64,000 nt of DNA from an uncultured Actinomycetes bacterium (GTDB lineage: Bacteria; Actinomycetota; UBA4738; JBBDTT01). Of the stretch, positions 57,074-64,000 are shown one piece after another (the stretch's first letter is position 1; each line of letters starts with the position of its first letter). The stretch is from NCBI GenBank assembly GCA_963742735.1, contig CAVUMN010000004.1, forward strand, positions 96,001-160,000, written 5' to 3'. The notes beneath the pieces are model-generated. The model ran no database searches, was not told the DNA's origin, and saw only the letters and a list, made by a program, of their open reading frames with translations. Made by a program: the position numbers and the translations under genes.

Positions 57074-58098
57074 CGAACCGCCTCCTTCGTACGGGAGCCG
57101 CGTTTCCCGTCGACCGCGCCGCCCTCAGGCTCGGGCTCCTGTCCGTCCTCCACGGCGTGGCCGGTCAGCGACAGGAACACGTCGTCCAGCGTGGGGCGAC
57201 GAAGCCCCACGTCGACGACCTTCACCTTCCCGGTCTTCAGCTTCTGCAGGACCTCGCGCAGGGTGTCGGCGCCGCCGGTCACGGCCGCGGTCACCCGGCG
57301 GGTCTGCTCGTCCACCTGCACGTCGCCAAGACACTGGGCGCCGAGGATGGAACGCGCCTTCGCGATGTGGGACGCGGCGGAGACCACGACCTCGATCCGC
57401 TCTCCGCCGATCTCGGTCTTGAGCTGGTCGGCCGTCCCCTGCGCGATCTTGTGCCCTCGGTCGATGACCACGATGTCGTCGGCCAGCCGGTCGGCCTCCT
57501 CCATGTACTGGGTGGTGAGCAGCACGGTCGATCCGCCGCGGGCGAGCTCAAGGATGGTGTCCCACATCTGGGCCCGGCTCCGAGGATCGAGCCCGGTGGT
57601 CGGCTCGTCGAGGAACAGGACCTCCGGCTCAGCCACCAGGGCCGCGGCCAGGTCCAGACGGCGGCGCATCCCGCCCGAGTAGGTCTTCACCGGACGGTCG
57701 CCGGCCTCGTCGAGGTCGAACCGATCCAGCAGCTCGCGGGCGCGCGTCTGGGACTTCTGGCGGCCCAGGTGATACAGGCGTCCGACCATGTCGAGGTTCT
57801 CGTAGCCGGTCAGGTGCTCGTCGACGGCCGCGTTCTGGCCCGACAGGCCGATCCGCTCCCGGACCTTGTCCGGCTCGGCCACGACGTCGATGCCTGCCAC
57901 GTGCACCCTCCCGCCGTCGGGCTGGAGCAGCGTCGTGAGGATCCGGATGGCCGTCGTCTTCCCGGCCCCGTTCGGACCAAGGAGTCCGAGGACCGATCCC
58001 GTGGGCACGACCAGGTCCAGGCCGTCCAGCGCCGTGACGTCGCCGTAGCGTTTGACGAGCCCCTCGGTCCGAATCATCTCGGTCGCGTCAGACCGCAT
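57070..58098 (-). CDS. ABC ATP-binding protein (DrrA-like)
   Basis: GPNGAGKTT, YSGGM, LDEPTTGLDP, TTQY and TLDDVFL. Confidence 0.93.
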   Translation of the reverse strand: MRSDATEMIRTEGLVKRYGDVTALDGLDLVVPTGSVLGLLGPNGAGKTTAIRILTTLLQPDGGRVHVAGIDVVAEPDKVRERIGLSGQNAAVDEHLTGYENLDMVGRLYHLGRQKSQTRARELLDRFDLDEAGDRPVKTYSGGMRRRLDLAAALVAEPEVLFLDEPTTGLDPRSRAQMWDTILELARGGSTVLLTTQYMEEADRLADDIVVIDRGHKIAQGTADQLKTEIGGERIEVVVSAASHIAKARSILGAQCLGDVQVDEQTRRVTAAVTGGADTLREVLQKLKTGKVKVVDVGLRRPTLDDVFLSLTGHAVEDGQEPEPEGGAVDGKRGSRTKEAVR

Positions 58099-58176
58099 CT
58101 CCACCTCCCCCTGGAGACCGACGCGGGCCCGGCCTCGAATCCGTTCGCAAGATGCACAGCCTATTCGGACCGTCAA

Positions 58177-58205
58177 CAAAGGCCGGTCGCCCCGAGGGGG
58201 CCGGT
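58177..58205 (-). terminator. Possible intrinsic terminator after the Rieske gene
   Basis: Imperfect GC hairpin followed by TTTGTT on the minus strand. Confidence 0.4.
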
Positions 58206-58208
58206 GCG

Positions 58209-58529
58209 TTACGCGGCCTGGTCGGAGGGCGCGATGAGAACCTCCTCGTCCACCACCTCGACGTGATAGGCGTTCACCGGGGTCGGAGGTGGCCCCGCCA
58301 GCACCTCGCCGGTCGCCATGTCGAACGTCCCGCCGTGACACGGGCAGACGATCGACGAACCGTCCACGTGACCCTCCGAGAGCGAGCAGCCCTGGTGGGT
58401 ACAGGTGTCATCGAACGCATACAGCCGATCGCCGGCCTTGACGACCGCGATCCGAAGGCCGCCGACGTCCACCGCCCGCGGCTCCCCTTCGTCGAACTCG
58501 CCCGTGCTTCCTACCGAGATGAGGTCCAT
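58209..58529 (-). CDS. Rieske [2Fe-2S] ferredoxin
   Basis: CTH...CPCH motifs. Confidence 0.92.
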   Translation of the reverse strand: MDLISVGSTGEFDEGEPRAVDVGGLRIAVVKAGDRLYAFDDTCTHQGCSLSEGHVDGSSIVCPCHGGTFDMATGEVLAGPPPTPVNAYHVEVVDEEVLIAPSDQAA

Positions 58530-59197
58530 GCCAGTGCCTCCCTTGGGTTTGTGGAACGTTCGCGCGGGCGGTCGAGCAGCATCATCGAGGTGAGCAACAC
58601 CATCCAGACGAGGCTCTCCATGCCGAACGCGAAGGAGAGCACCATCACCCCCCAGCAGCGACGCACGCGATCAAGCCCGTGGATCGCGCCGGCGCCGAAC
58701 CATCCCCACCCCGCGGGCGGCTCGGGGACGGCCGGCGGCCGCACCACGTGGCCCCTCCGCAGCGCGGAGACCTCGAAGCCCACCGCGACCGACACCAGGC
58801 CCAGGCTCACCAGCCACGGGTTCGCGGTCAGGAACGACGATCCGTCCACCACGGCGTGCACCAGCGCGTCGCCGGCGAAGGCGAGCGCGCCGAACGCCGA
58901 CCAGGTGGCGAAGTACCCCGCCAGGAACACGGGCCCTCGAGCCGCCGACGGCGCTCCGGCCTCGTCGAGCGCCCGAAGGTGAGGAAGGCTCGACGGGACC
59001 ATCATCGCGGCGATCATCACCTGCCAGCCCACGAGCGAGAGCGCGAGGGCGGCCGGCCCGGCGCCGCCCTCCTGGATCAGGCGGTCGTGGGCGAACGCCG
59101 AGCCCGTCCCCGAGACCCAGCCGGCGATCCACAGGCCCCAGCCGAGGACCACCACCGAGCGGCCGAGCGAGGAGGCGGACCGGACCATCCCGCTCAC
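58511..59197 (-). CDS. DUF2182-like membrane protein (degenerate)
   Basis: GWQVMIAAMMVPS, FLAGY..W..FG, CWGVM and L.WM. Confidence 0.75.
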   Translation of the reverse strand: MSGMVRSASSLGRSVVVLGWGLWIAGWVSGTGSAFAHDRLIQEGGAGPAALALSLVGWQVMIAAMMVPSSLPHLRALDEAGAPSAARGPVFLAGYFATWSAFGALAFAGDALVHAVVDGSSFLTANPWLVSLGLVSVAVGFEVSALRRGHVVRPPAVPEPPAGWGWFGAGAIHGLDRVRRCWGVMVLSFAFGMESLVWMVLLTSMMLLDRPRERSTNPREALAWTSSR

Positions 59198-59742
59198 CAG
59201 ACGATCGCGCAGCCGAACGGCCGCGTGGCGGGCACGGCCACCGTCCGCCCGGCCAGCAGATCCCCGATAGCGTTCTCGAGGTCGGGCGACTCGACCGTCT
59301 CGGCCACGCGCGCGTCGTCGATCCGGCCCTGATACCGCAGCCGCCGCTCGCCGTCGAAGACGAATACGTGCGGCGTGCACACGGCACCGTAGGCGCGGGC
59401 CACGCTCCCGTCGGCGTCCTTGACGTACGGATAGGCCAGCCCGCGCTCGCGCGCGCGGGCGACCATCTCGCCCAGCGTGTCGAACGGCGAGAGATGCGGG
59501 TCATTCGAGTTGATCGCGACGAGCTGCACGCCGCGTTCCGCGTAGGTCTCGTGGAGCCGAATGAGCCGGTCCTCGTAGGCCCGAACGGTGGGACACCCGT
59601 TGCTCGCGAAGACGACCACGAGCACCGGGGCCCCATCGAACGAGGACAGCGAATACCGGCCTCCGTCGGCTCCGGGAAGCTCCCGGAACCCGGGAGCGGA
59701 GCTCCCGAGGTCAAGGCCGAGGGTCGAGGCGAAGGCCGTCAT
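59194..59742 (-). CDS. Thioredoxin/peroxiredoxin-like protein
   Basis: NGCPTV, AINSND, CTPHVF, YQGRIDD and GCAIVW. Confidence 0.88.
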   Translation of the reverse strand: MTAFASTLGLDLGSSAPGFRELPGADGGRYSLSSFDGAPVLVVVFASNGCPTVRAYEDRLIRLHETYAERGVQLVAINSNDPHLSPFDTLGEMVARARERGLAYPYVKDADGSVARAYGAVCTPHVFVFDGERRLRYQGRIDDARVAETVESPDLENAIGDLLAGRTVAVPATRPFGCAIVW

Positions 59743-59746
59743 CGCC

Positions 59747-60292
59747 TTATGCCGCGAACTTCTCGGGGAACTGGGCGACGATGCCGTCGGCCAGGACGTC
59801 GGCCAGCGTGAGGATCTCGGTCAGGATCTGATCGAACGCCTTCACGTCCGCCTCGTAGTCGCCCTGCAGCCGGGCGACCGCCTCGTCCTTGGTGAGGGAC
59901 AGGTGGATGCTCAGGATGTCGACGACGTCCTTCTTCGCCCAGTGGGAGTTCGCCCCGCTCAGAAGCTCGGCGATCTCCTCCGCGTTGCGGGTCCACTTCG
60001 CGTCCTCCTCGGCGAAGCGCGCGTCCTCTCCCGCCTTGGCCGCGGCAACCAGGTCGACCGCGATCATGATGTGCTGCTTCAGCAGGCCGGTCAGCGCCTC
60101 ACCGGCCTTCTCGCCGTAGAACGGGACGACCGCCGAACCGATGTCCTCTTGGTTCTTCAGCAGCCGCTCCGCGGCGACGCCCGCGTCCGGCGCATCGGCG
60201 ATGGCCGCCACCAGATAGGACCGGGTCCACACGACGTGGTCCGTCCACAGACGGCGAAGCGCCCCGGTCAGGGACCAGATATTCGTGCTCAT
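59747..60292 (-). CDS. Conserved helical protein with three spaced His motifs
   Basis: LWTDHVVWTR, LLKQHI and LSIHL; GGAGG RBS. Confidence 0.8.
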   Translation of the reverse strand: MSTNIWSLTGALRRLWTDHVVWTRSYLVAAIADAPDAGVAAERLLKNQEDIGSAVVPFYGEKAGEALTGLLKQHIMIAVDLVAAAKAGEDARFAEEDAKWTRNAEEIAELLSGANSHWAKKDVVDILSIHLSLTKDEAVARLQGDYEADVKAFDQILTEILTLADVLADGIVAQFPEKFAA

Positions 60293-60360
60293 CGACTCAC
60301 CTCCACTGATCGGATCGGCCCTCGCCGATCTCCTCCGCTCTTTGGAGCGGCTCGGTCCCC

Positions 60361-60405
60361 ACCCTAGCCAGCCCTCCACTATTTGTCAATAGATTTTAGT
60401 TTTAG
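60361..60405 (-). promoter_or_regulatory. TTGACA-N17-TAGGGT promoter overlapped by an AT-rich operator-like site
   Basis: TTGACA 60384-89 and TAGGGT 60361-66; CTAAAACTAAAATCTATTGACAAATAG is an imperfect dyad. Confidence 0.7.
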
Positions 60406-60476
60406 CTTCGGACTTGTGCTTGTTGGCGCGTCCCAAGGCCGCTTTCCACAACGATCATGCCTGCTACAATGGCGGT

Positions 60477-61199
60477 GTGGAGAGCATCGAACGGAAGGAC
60501 GCGGGGGCAGTCGGGGCGCTCGAGGATGACCTCCGGCGCGCGATGTTCGAGTTCATCCGCGCCCGTCGCGAGCCGGTGAGCCGCGACGAGGTGGCCACCG
60601 AGCTTGGGATCTCTCGAACCCTGGCCGCGTTCCACCTCGACAAGCTCGCGGAGCGCGGGTTGCTCGGCTTCGAGTTCGCCCGGTCCCCGGACCAGGCCAG
60701 CCGCGGCGTGGGGAGGCCGGCGAAGCGATACCGACCCACCGACGCGGAGATCGAGGTCTCGATCCCAGCCCGGCGGTACCAGCTGGCGGCCGACATCCTG
60801 GCTCGCGCCATGAAGGCCGAGTCGCCGAAGCGCTCCGCCCGGCGCGTCGCCGTCGGGCTGGCGCGCGAGCGAGGGCGCGAGATGGGTGACGTCGTTCGGC
60901 GAGAGCTCGGTCTGCGTCCCCCCGGCCCCGAGCGGTCGCTCTCGGTGACCGGCGAGGTGCTTCGACGCAACGGCTACGAGCCCTACTCGCCGGATCGCGG
61001 GCGGCTGGAGCTCTCCAACTGCCCGTTCGACGGCATCGTCGGCGAGTCACCCGACCTGATGTGCGGCCTCAACGAAGCGCTCGTGGAGGGCGTCGTCGAG
61101 GGGATCGGGGGTCGCGGCGTTCGCGCCGTCCTGGATCCCGCGCCGGGTCGCTGCTGCGTGCGCCTCGAGCTCGAGCGTTCGGCCGCGAGCCCGGCCTAG
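60477..61199 (+). CDS. ArsR-like HTH regulator with C-terminal Cys ligands
   Basis: SRDEVA..LGISR.LAAFHLDKL, GRPAK.Y, NCPF, MCGLN and RCCV; TG-c-TACAAT extended -10, leaderless GTG. Confidence 0.88.
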   Translation: MESIERKDAGAVGALEDDLRRAMFEFIRARREPVSRDEVATELGISRTLAAFHLDKLAERGLLGFEFARSPDQASRGVGRPAKRYRPTDAEIEVSIPARRYQLAADILARAMKAESPKRSARRVAVGLARERGREMGDVVRRELGLRPPGPERSLSVTGEVLRRNGYEPYSPDRGRLELSNCPFDGIVGESPDLMCGLNEALVEGVVEGIGGRGVRAVLDPAPGRCCVRLELERSAASPA

Positions 61200-61209
61200 C
61201 CGCCCGGAT

Positions 61210-62214
61210 TCAAGTTCGGCGGGCGCCCAGGAACGAGACCAGGCCGGCCAAGGCCTCGTCGAGGCGCGTGGTGTCGCCCCAGGCGCCGAGGACCTCCAGG
61301 GTCCCGGTCGTTCGATCGAACCTCGGCTCGACCCGTCCAACCAGCCGATCGCCCACCAGGATGGGCAAGACGTAGTACCCGTACTCGCGCTTCGCCGGCG
61401 GGACGTACATCTCGAGCCGGTACCGGAACCCGAAGAGGGCTTCGGCGCGGGCCCGGTCGTGGATCAGCCGGTCGAACGGCGAGAGCAGGGTGACCCGATC
61501 CGGAACGGGCTCATCGCCGACCTCCGGATGGGCGATCCAGGCGCCCTTCTCCAGGCGGACGCCGAGCGAGCGGAACCGCTGCGCCTCGAGCACTCGCTCC
61601 GCCTCGCGGATCGACACGGTCTCTGTGGCCGGCCACCAGCGATCCGCGAGGTCCCACAGGCGCTGCCCGCCGCGCCGGCCCACGACCGCCACCTCGCCGC
61701 GCAGGTGCAGGACCTCCAGGAGCTCGGCCACGCGCCGGCTCCCGAACCAGCGCTGATCCTCGCTCAGCCGAACCCGGGAGCGGTCCTCCAGCTCTCGCGA
61801 CTGCAGCGGCCCGCGCCGCACGAGCTCACGCATCACGTAGCGACGGAAACCGGCGTTCTGGCGCAGGAACTCGGCCGCCCGTCGCTGCCAGTTGGTGTCC
61901 ACGCCGCGGCGCCACTGACGCGTCTTCGCCCGGATCAGCGGGAGCGACTCGATGGGATAGACGAATGCGTTCCATTCGAACAGCGCCCGGTCCACCCACA
62001 GCAGCCGGTCGAGCTCCCCGGGGTCGAACGGACCCAGGCGGCTCCACAGGACCAGGTGCTGCGGCGTAGCCACCGTGGCGATCGGGTCCAGCTGGAGGAA
62101 TCCCAGGTGGCGGACGGTCTCGAGCACTCCGCGCGCGGACCCATCGAGCAGCTGCGCGCGAACGGCGATGCGGCGGGCCTCCTCGAGACCGACGGTTCGG
62201 ACCTTGACCGGCAT
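61210..62214 (-). CDS. YcaQ/AlkZ (HTH_42) crosslink-repair glycosylase-like protein
   Basis: LQLDPI (QxD), LLSPFD.LI.DR.R and YRLEMYVP..KREYGYYVLP. Confidence 0.88.
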   Translation of the reverse strand: MPVKVRTVGLEEARRIAVRAQLLDGSARGVLETVRHLGFLQLDPIATVATPQHLVLWSRLGPFDPGELDRLLWVDRALFEWNAFVYPIESLPLIRAKTRQWRRGVDTNWQRRAAEFLRQNAGFRRYVMRELVRRGPLQSRELEDRSRVRLSEDQRWFGSRRVAELLEVLHLRGEVAVVGRRGGQRLWDLADRWWPATETVSIREAERVLEAQRFRSLGVRLEKGAWIAHPEVGDEPVPDRVTLLSPFDRLIHDRARAEALFGFRYRLEMYVPPAKREYGYYVLPILVGDRLVGRVEPRFDRTTGTLEVLGAWGDTTRLDEALAGLVSFLGARRT

Positions 62215-62295
62215 CGGGGCAGTCTCGCCGCCCGGCGAATGGATTGACGAATCTGGGAACTATCCCCTTGACGCAGGTAGGCCAAATCTAGGAGG

Positions 62296-63330
62296 GTGAG
62301 GGCGAACGTGTACCTGGATTCACGGCTAAGGAACGTGCCACGCTGGCACTTAGAGCGTCCGAAGGATTGGTGGATGTTTCTACCTGACGAACTTCTCCGA
62401 CCGGTGTTCTTTCTGGGGGAGGAGACTGGCCCCGGCCAAGGGCAATTGGCAGGCACAGGGTTCTTCGTGTCGGTACCTACGCCCGATGGCGAGGGCTCGC
62501 ATATCTACCTCGTTACGGCTTCGCACTGTGTCTGGGATTGGCGAAACAACGTGCCGAGGCGGAACCTCTTCCTTCGGGTCAATGACGACCCAGCCGGTGG
62601 TATCCGTGATATCCGAGCACCCGATGGGGATCAGTGGTACATGCATGAAAGGGCCACGCCCAAGGTGGATATCGCCGTGCTGCCCATCGTTGGCGGAACC
62701 GGCAAAGCTCTCATGGACATCGGCTGCCGTTGGGTGCCCCGAGCCATGTTCTTCTCAGAGGAGAATCTGGGCCAGAGTCCCGACGAGGGCGTCGGGCTCT
62801 CAGACGAGTTAGTTGCTGTGGGGCTGTTCACCAACTACTACGGGCATAACCGCAACGAGCCCGTCGTGCGGATGGGGAATCTCGCCATGATTCCGCGTGG
62901 GCCCGTGGAAACCAACCCGACCATGGGCCCGATGGAGGTTTACCTGATGGAGCTGCGTTCAATCGCGGGGATGAGCGGATCGCCAGTGTTCATACCCCAC
63001 CGTGCCCAGATTGGTGCGCCCCGCACAGTGTCCCTCTTGGGTGTCCTACTGGGGCACTATCCTGCTCAAGTGGCCGACGCGACAGGGGCGGCTGTGAACT
63101 CTGGCATCGGGATGGTCGCTCCTGCCAAACACATCACCGAGGTTCTCGACCAGGAGGCTCTCTTGACGAAGAGACAGGAAAGGGAAGAGCAGGCTCGCAG
63201 GCAGCGAGAGGATGCAGTCATGGATAGCGCGGAGGGCGACTCTCCACAGGAGAGGGAGCGGTTCTTGGCTGACCTGCAGAAGGCGTCTAGGCGGGTGCCA
63301 CCCGAACAATCCGAGCCAAGAAAGCGCTGA
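62296..63330 (+). CDS. Trypsin-like serine protease (IS passenger)
   Basis: GTGFF, VTASHC (His), DIAVL (Asp) and GMSGSPV (Ser); no signal peptide; start uncertain. Confidence 0.78.
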   Translation: MRANVYLDSRLRNVPRWHLERPKDWWMFLPDELLRPVFFLGEETGPGQGQLAGTGFFVSVPTPDGEGSHIYLVTASHCVWDWRNNVPRRNLFLRVNDDPAGGIRDIRAPDGDQWYMHERATPKVDIAVLPIVGGTGKALMDIGCRWVPRAMFFSEENLGQSPDEGVGLSDELVAVGLFTNYYGHNRNEPVVRMGNLAMIPRGPVETNPTMGPMEVYLMELRSIAGMSGSPVFIPHRAQIGAPRTVSLLGVLLGHYPAQVADATGAAVNSGIGMVAPAKHITEVLDQEALLTKRQEREEQARRQREDAVMDSAEGDSPQERERFLADLQKASRRVPPEQSEPRKR

Positions 63331-64000
63331 ACATCCCGCGCTCGCTGCCACGGTTGTTGTAGCGGAAGGCGTACTCGTCTAGGTACATCTGAAGGTGTCG
63401 CTCGCTTACCCCGTGGTACACCCCGATCAGCCCACCCTTCAGCAGCGCCCAGAATCCTTCGATGGTCTGGGTGTGAACGTCGCCGCTCACGTAGACCTTC
63501 GCTGAGTGATTGATCCGCGAGTGCTCGTACCCGTCACGGAGCCCGCGGTAGGGACGCCATTCATCCGTGTAGACGGTGGAGCCCGGAAGCACCTTCTCCC
63601 GAACAAACGGAACGACTGTCCCGGCCTTGCGGTCAGGGACCACCTTCGCCACGATGCGCCCGCCGCGCTCCACGGCACCAAGAGCCTTGGCCTTGCGCTC
63701 AGCCCACATGCGGCCCTCCTGCTTGTTGCGAACCTGGCCGGCCCTCGGCTTACCGCCGATGAATGTCTCGTCTACCTCCACCGTGCCCGAGAGCATTTCG
63801 TCGTCGTCCTGGGCGAGCATCGAACGGATCTTGTGGAACATCCGCCACGCCGTCTTGTAGGTAACCCCCAGCTCGCGCTCTAGCTGCTTCGCGCTGATCC
63901 CGCACCGCGTCTGGCTCATCAGGAAGATGCCGTGGAACCAGAGCTTCAGCGACGTAGCCGAGTCCTCGAAGATGGTCCCGCGCATCGGGTGCTCGTGGTG
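63287..64000 (-). CDS. IS1595 family DDE transposase (5' end outside the window)
   Basis: GTIFE, YKTAW, VEVDETFIGG, VYTDE, HTQTIEGFW and YLDEYAFRYN. Confidence 0.93.
   Translation of the reverse strand, partial: HHEHPMRGTIFEDSATSLKLWFHGIFLMSQTRCGISAKQLERELGVTYKTAWRMFHKIRSMLAQDDDEMLSGTVEVDETFIGGKPRAGQVRNKQEGRMWAERKAKALGAVERGGRIVAKVVPDRKAGTVVPFVREKVLPGSTVYTDEWRPYRGLRDGYEHSRINHSAKVYVSGDVHTQTIEGFWALLKGGLIGVYHGVSERHLQMYLDEYAFRYNNRGSERGMFSAFLARIVRVAPA

Larger units (their letters stand above)
62256..64000 (-). mobile_element. IS1595-family element with a passenger gene (extends beyond the window)
   Basis: Transposase, a visible GC drop from about 62250, and the candidate terminus GGAACTATCCCC at 62256. 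Confidence 0.7.

Noticed and set aside
54705-58098. DrrAB-like ABC and MFS as self-resistance genes of a biosynthetic cluster
   Set aside because: No biosynthetic core genes in the window; these transporters are common
58209-60292. Selenoprotein read-through in the redox operon
   Set aside because: No in-frame TGA at a Cys-equivalent position was found
1-64000. CRISPR array, cas genes, integron cassettes, prophage or rRNA
   Set aside because: No regularly spaced direct repeats, integrase, phage structural genes or rRNA-like sequence seen

Overview
Very GC-rich, gene-dense window that looks actinobacterial, inferred from an F420-dependent nitroreductase, an MptB-like mannosyltransferase and many TANNNT leaderless-type promoters. 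About 65 CDSs, one tRNA-Arg(CCT) and an IS1595-family element at the right edge. Main blocks: (1) 0-5.4 kb: CPA2 antiporter, uppP and tldD/tldE. (2) 5.4-15.8 kb: an envelope glycosylation locus with three GT-C-like membrane proteins, a GT2, an FAD oxidoreductase, a SAM methyltransferase and an alkaline-phosphatase-like membrane protein. (3) 16-34.7 kb: mixed secreted hydrolases, detox and repair genes, a frameshifted molybdopterin oxidoreductase, an OSBS/NSAR enzyme and a HelD-like ATPase. (4) 34.9-41.5 kb, right after the tRNA: three class III nucleotide cyclases of different types linked to DHFR/RibD_C-like domains, including a DHFR-cyclase fusion. (5) 46-47.6 kb: an ANTAR pseudo-receiver divergent from a STAS gene and a Cys/His protein, with a thrice-repeated leader motif. 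(6) 58.2-61.2 kb: a Cys-rich regulator divergent from a putative metal/redox operon. (7) 62.3-64 kb: an IS1595 apparently carrying a trypsin-like protease. The best candidates for undescribed systems are blocks 4, 5, 6 and 7. All calls come from motif recognition by eye. No database searches were run, and some start codons were reassigned from RBS and -10 evidence.
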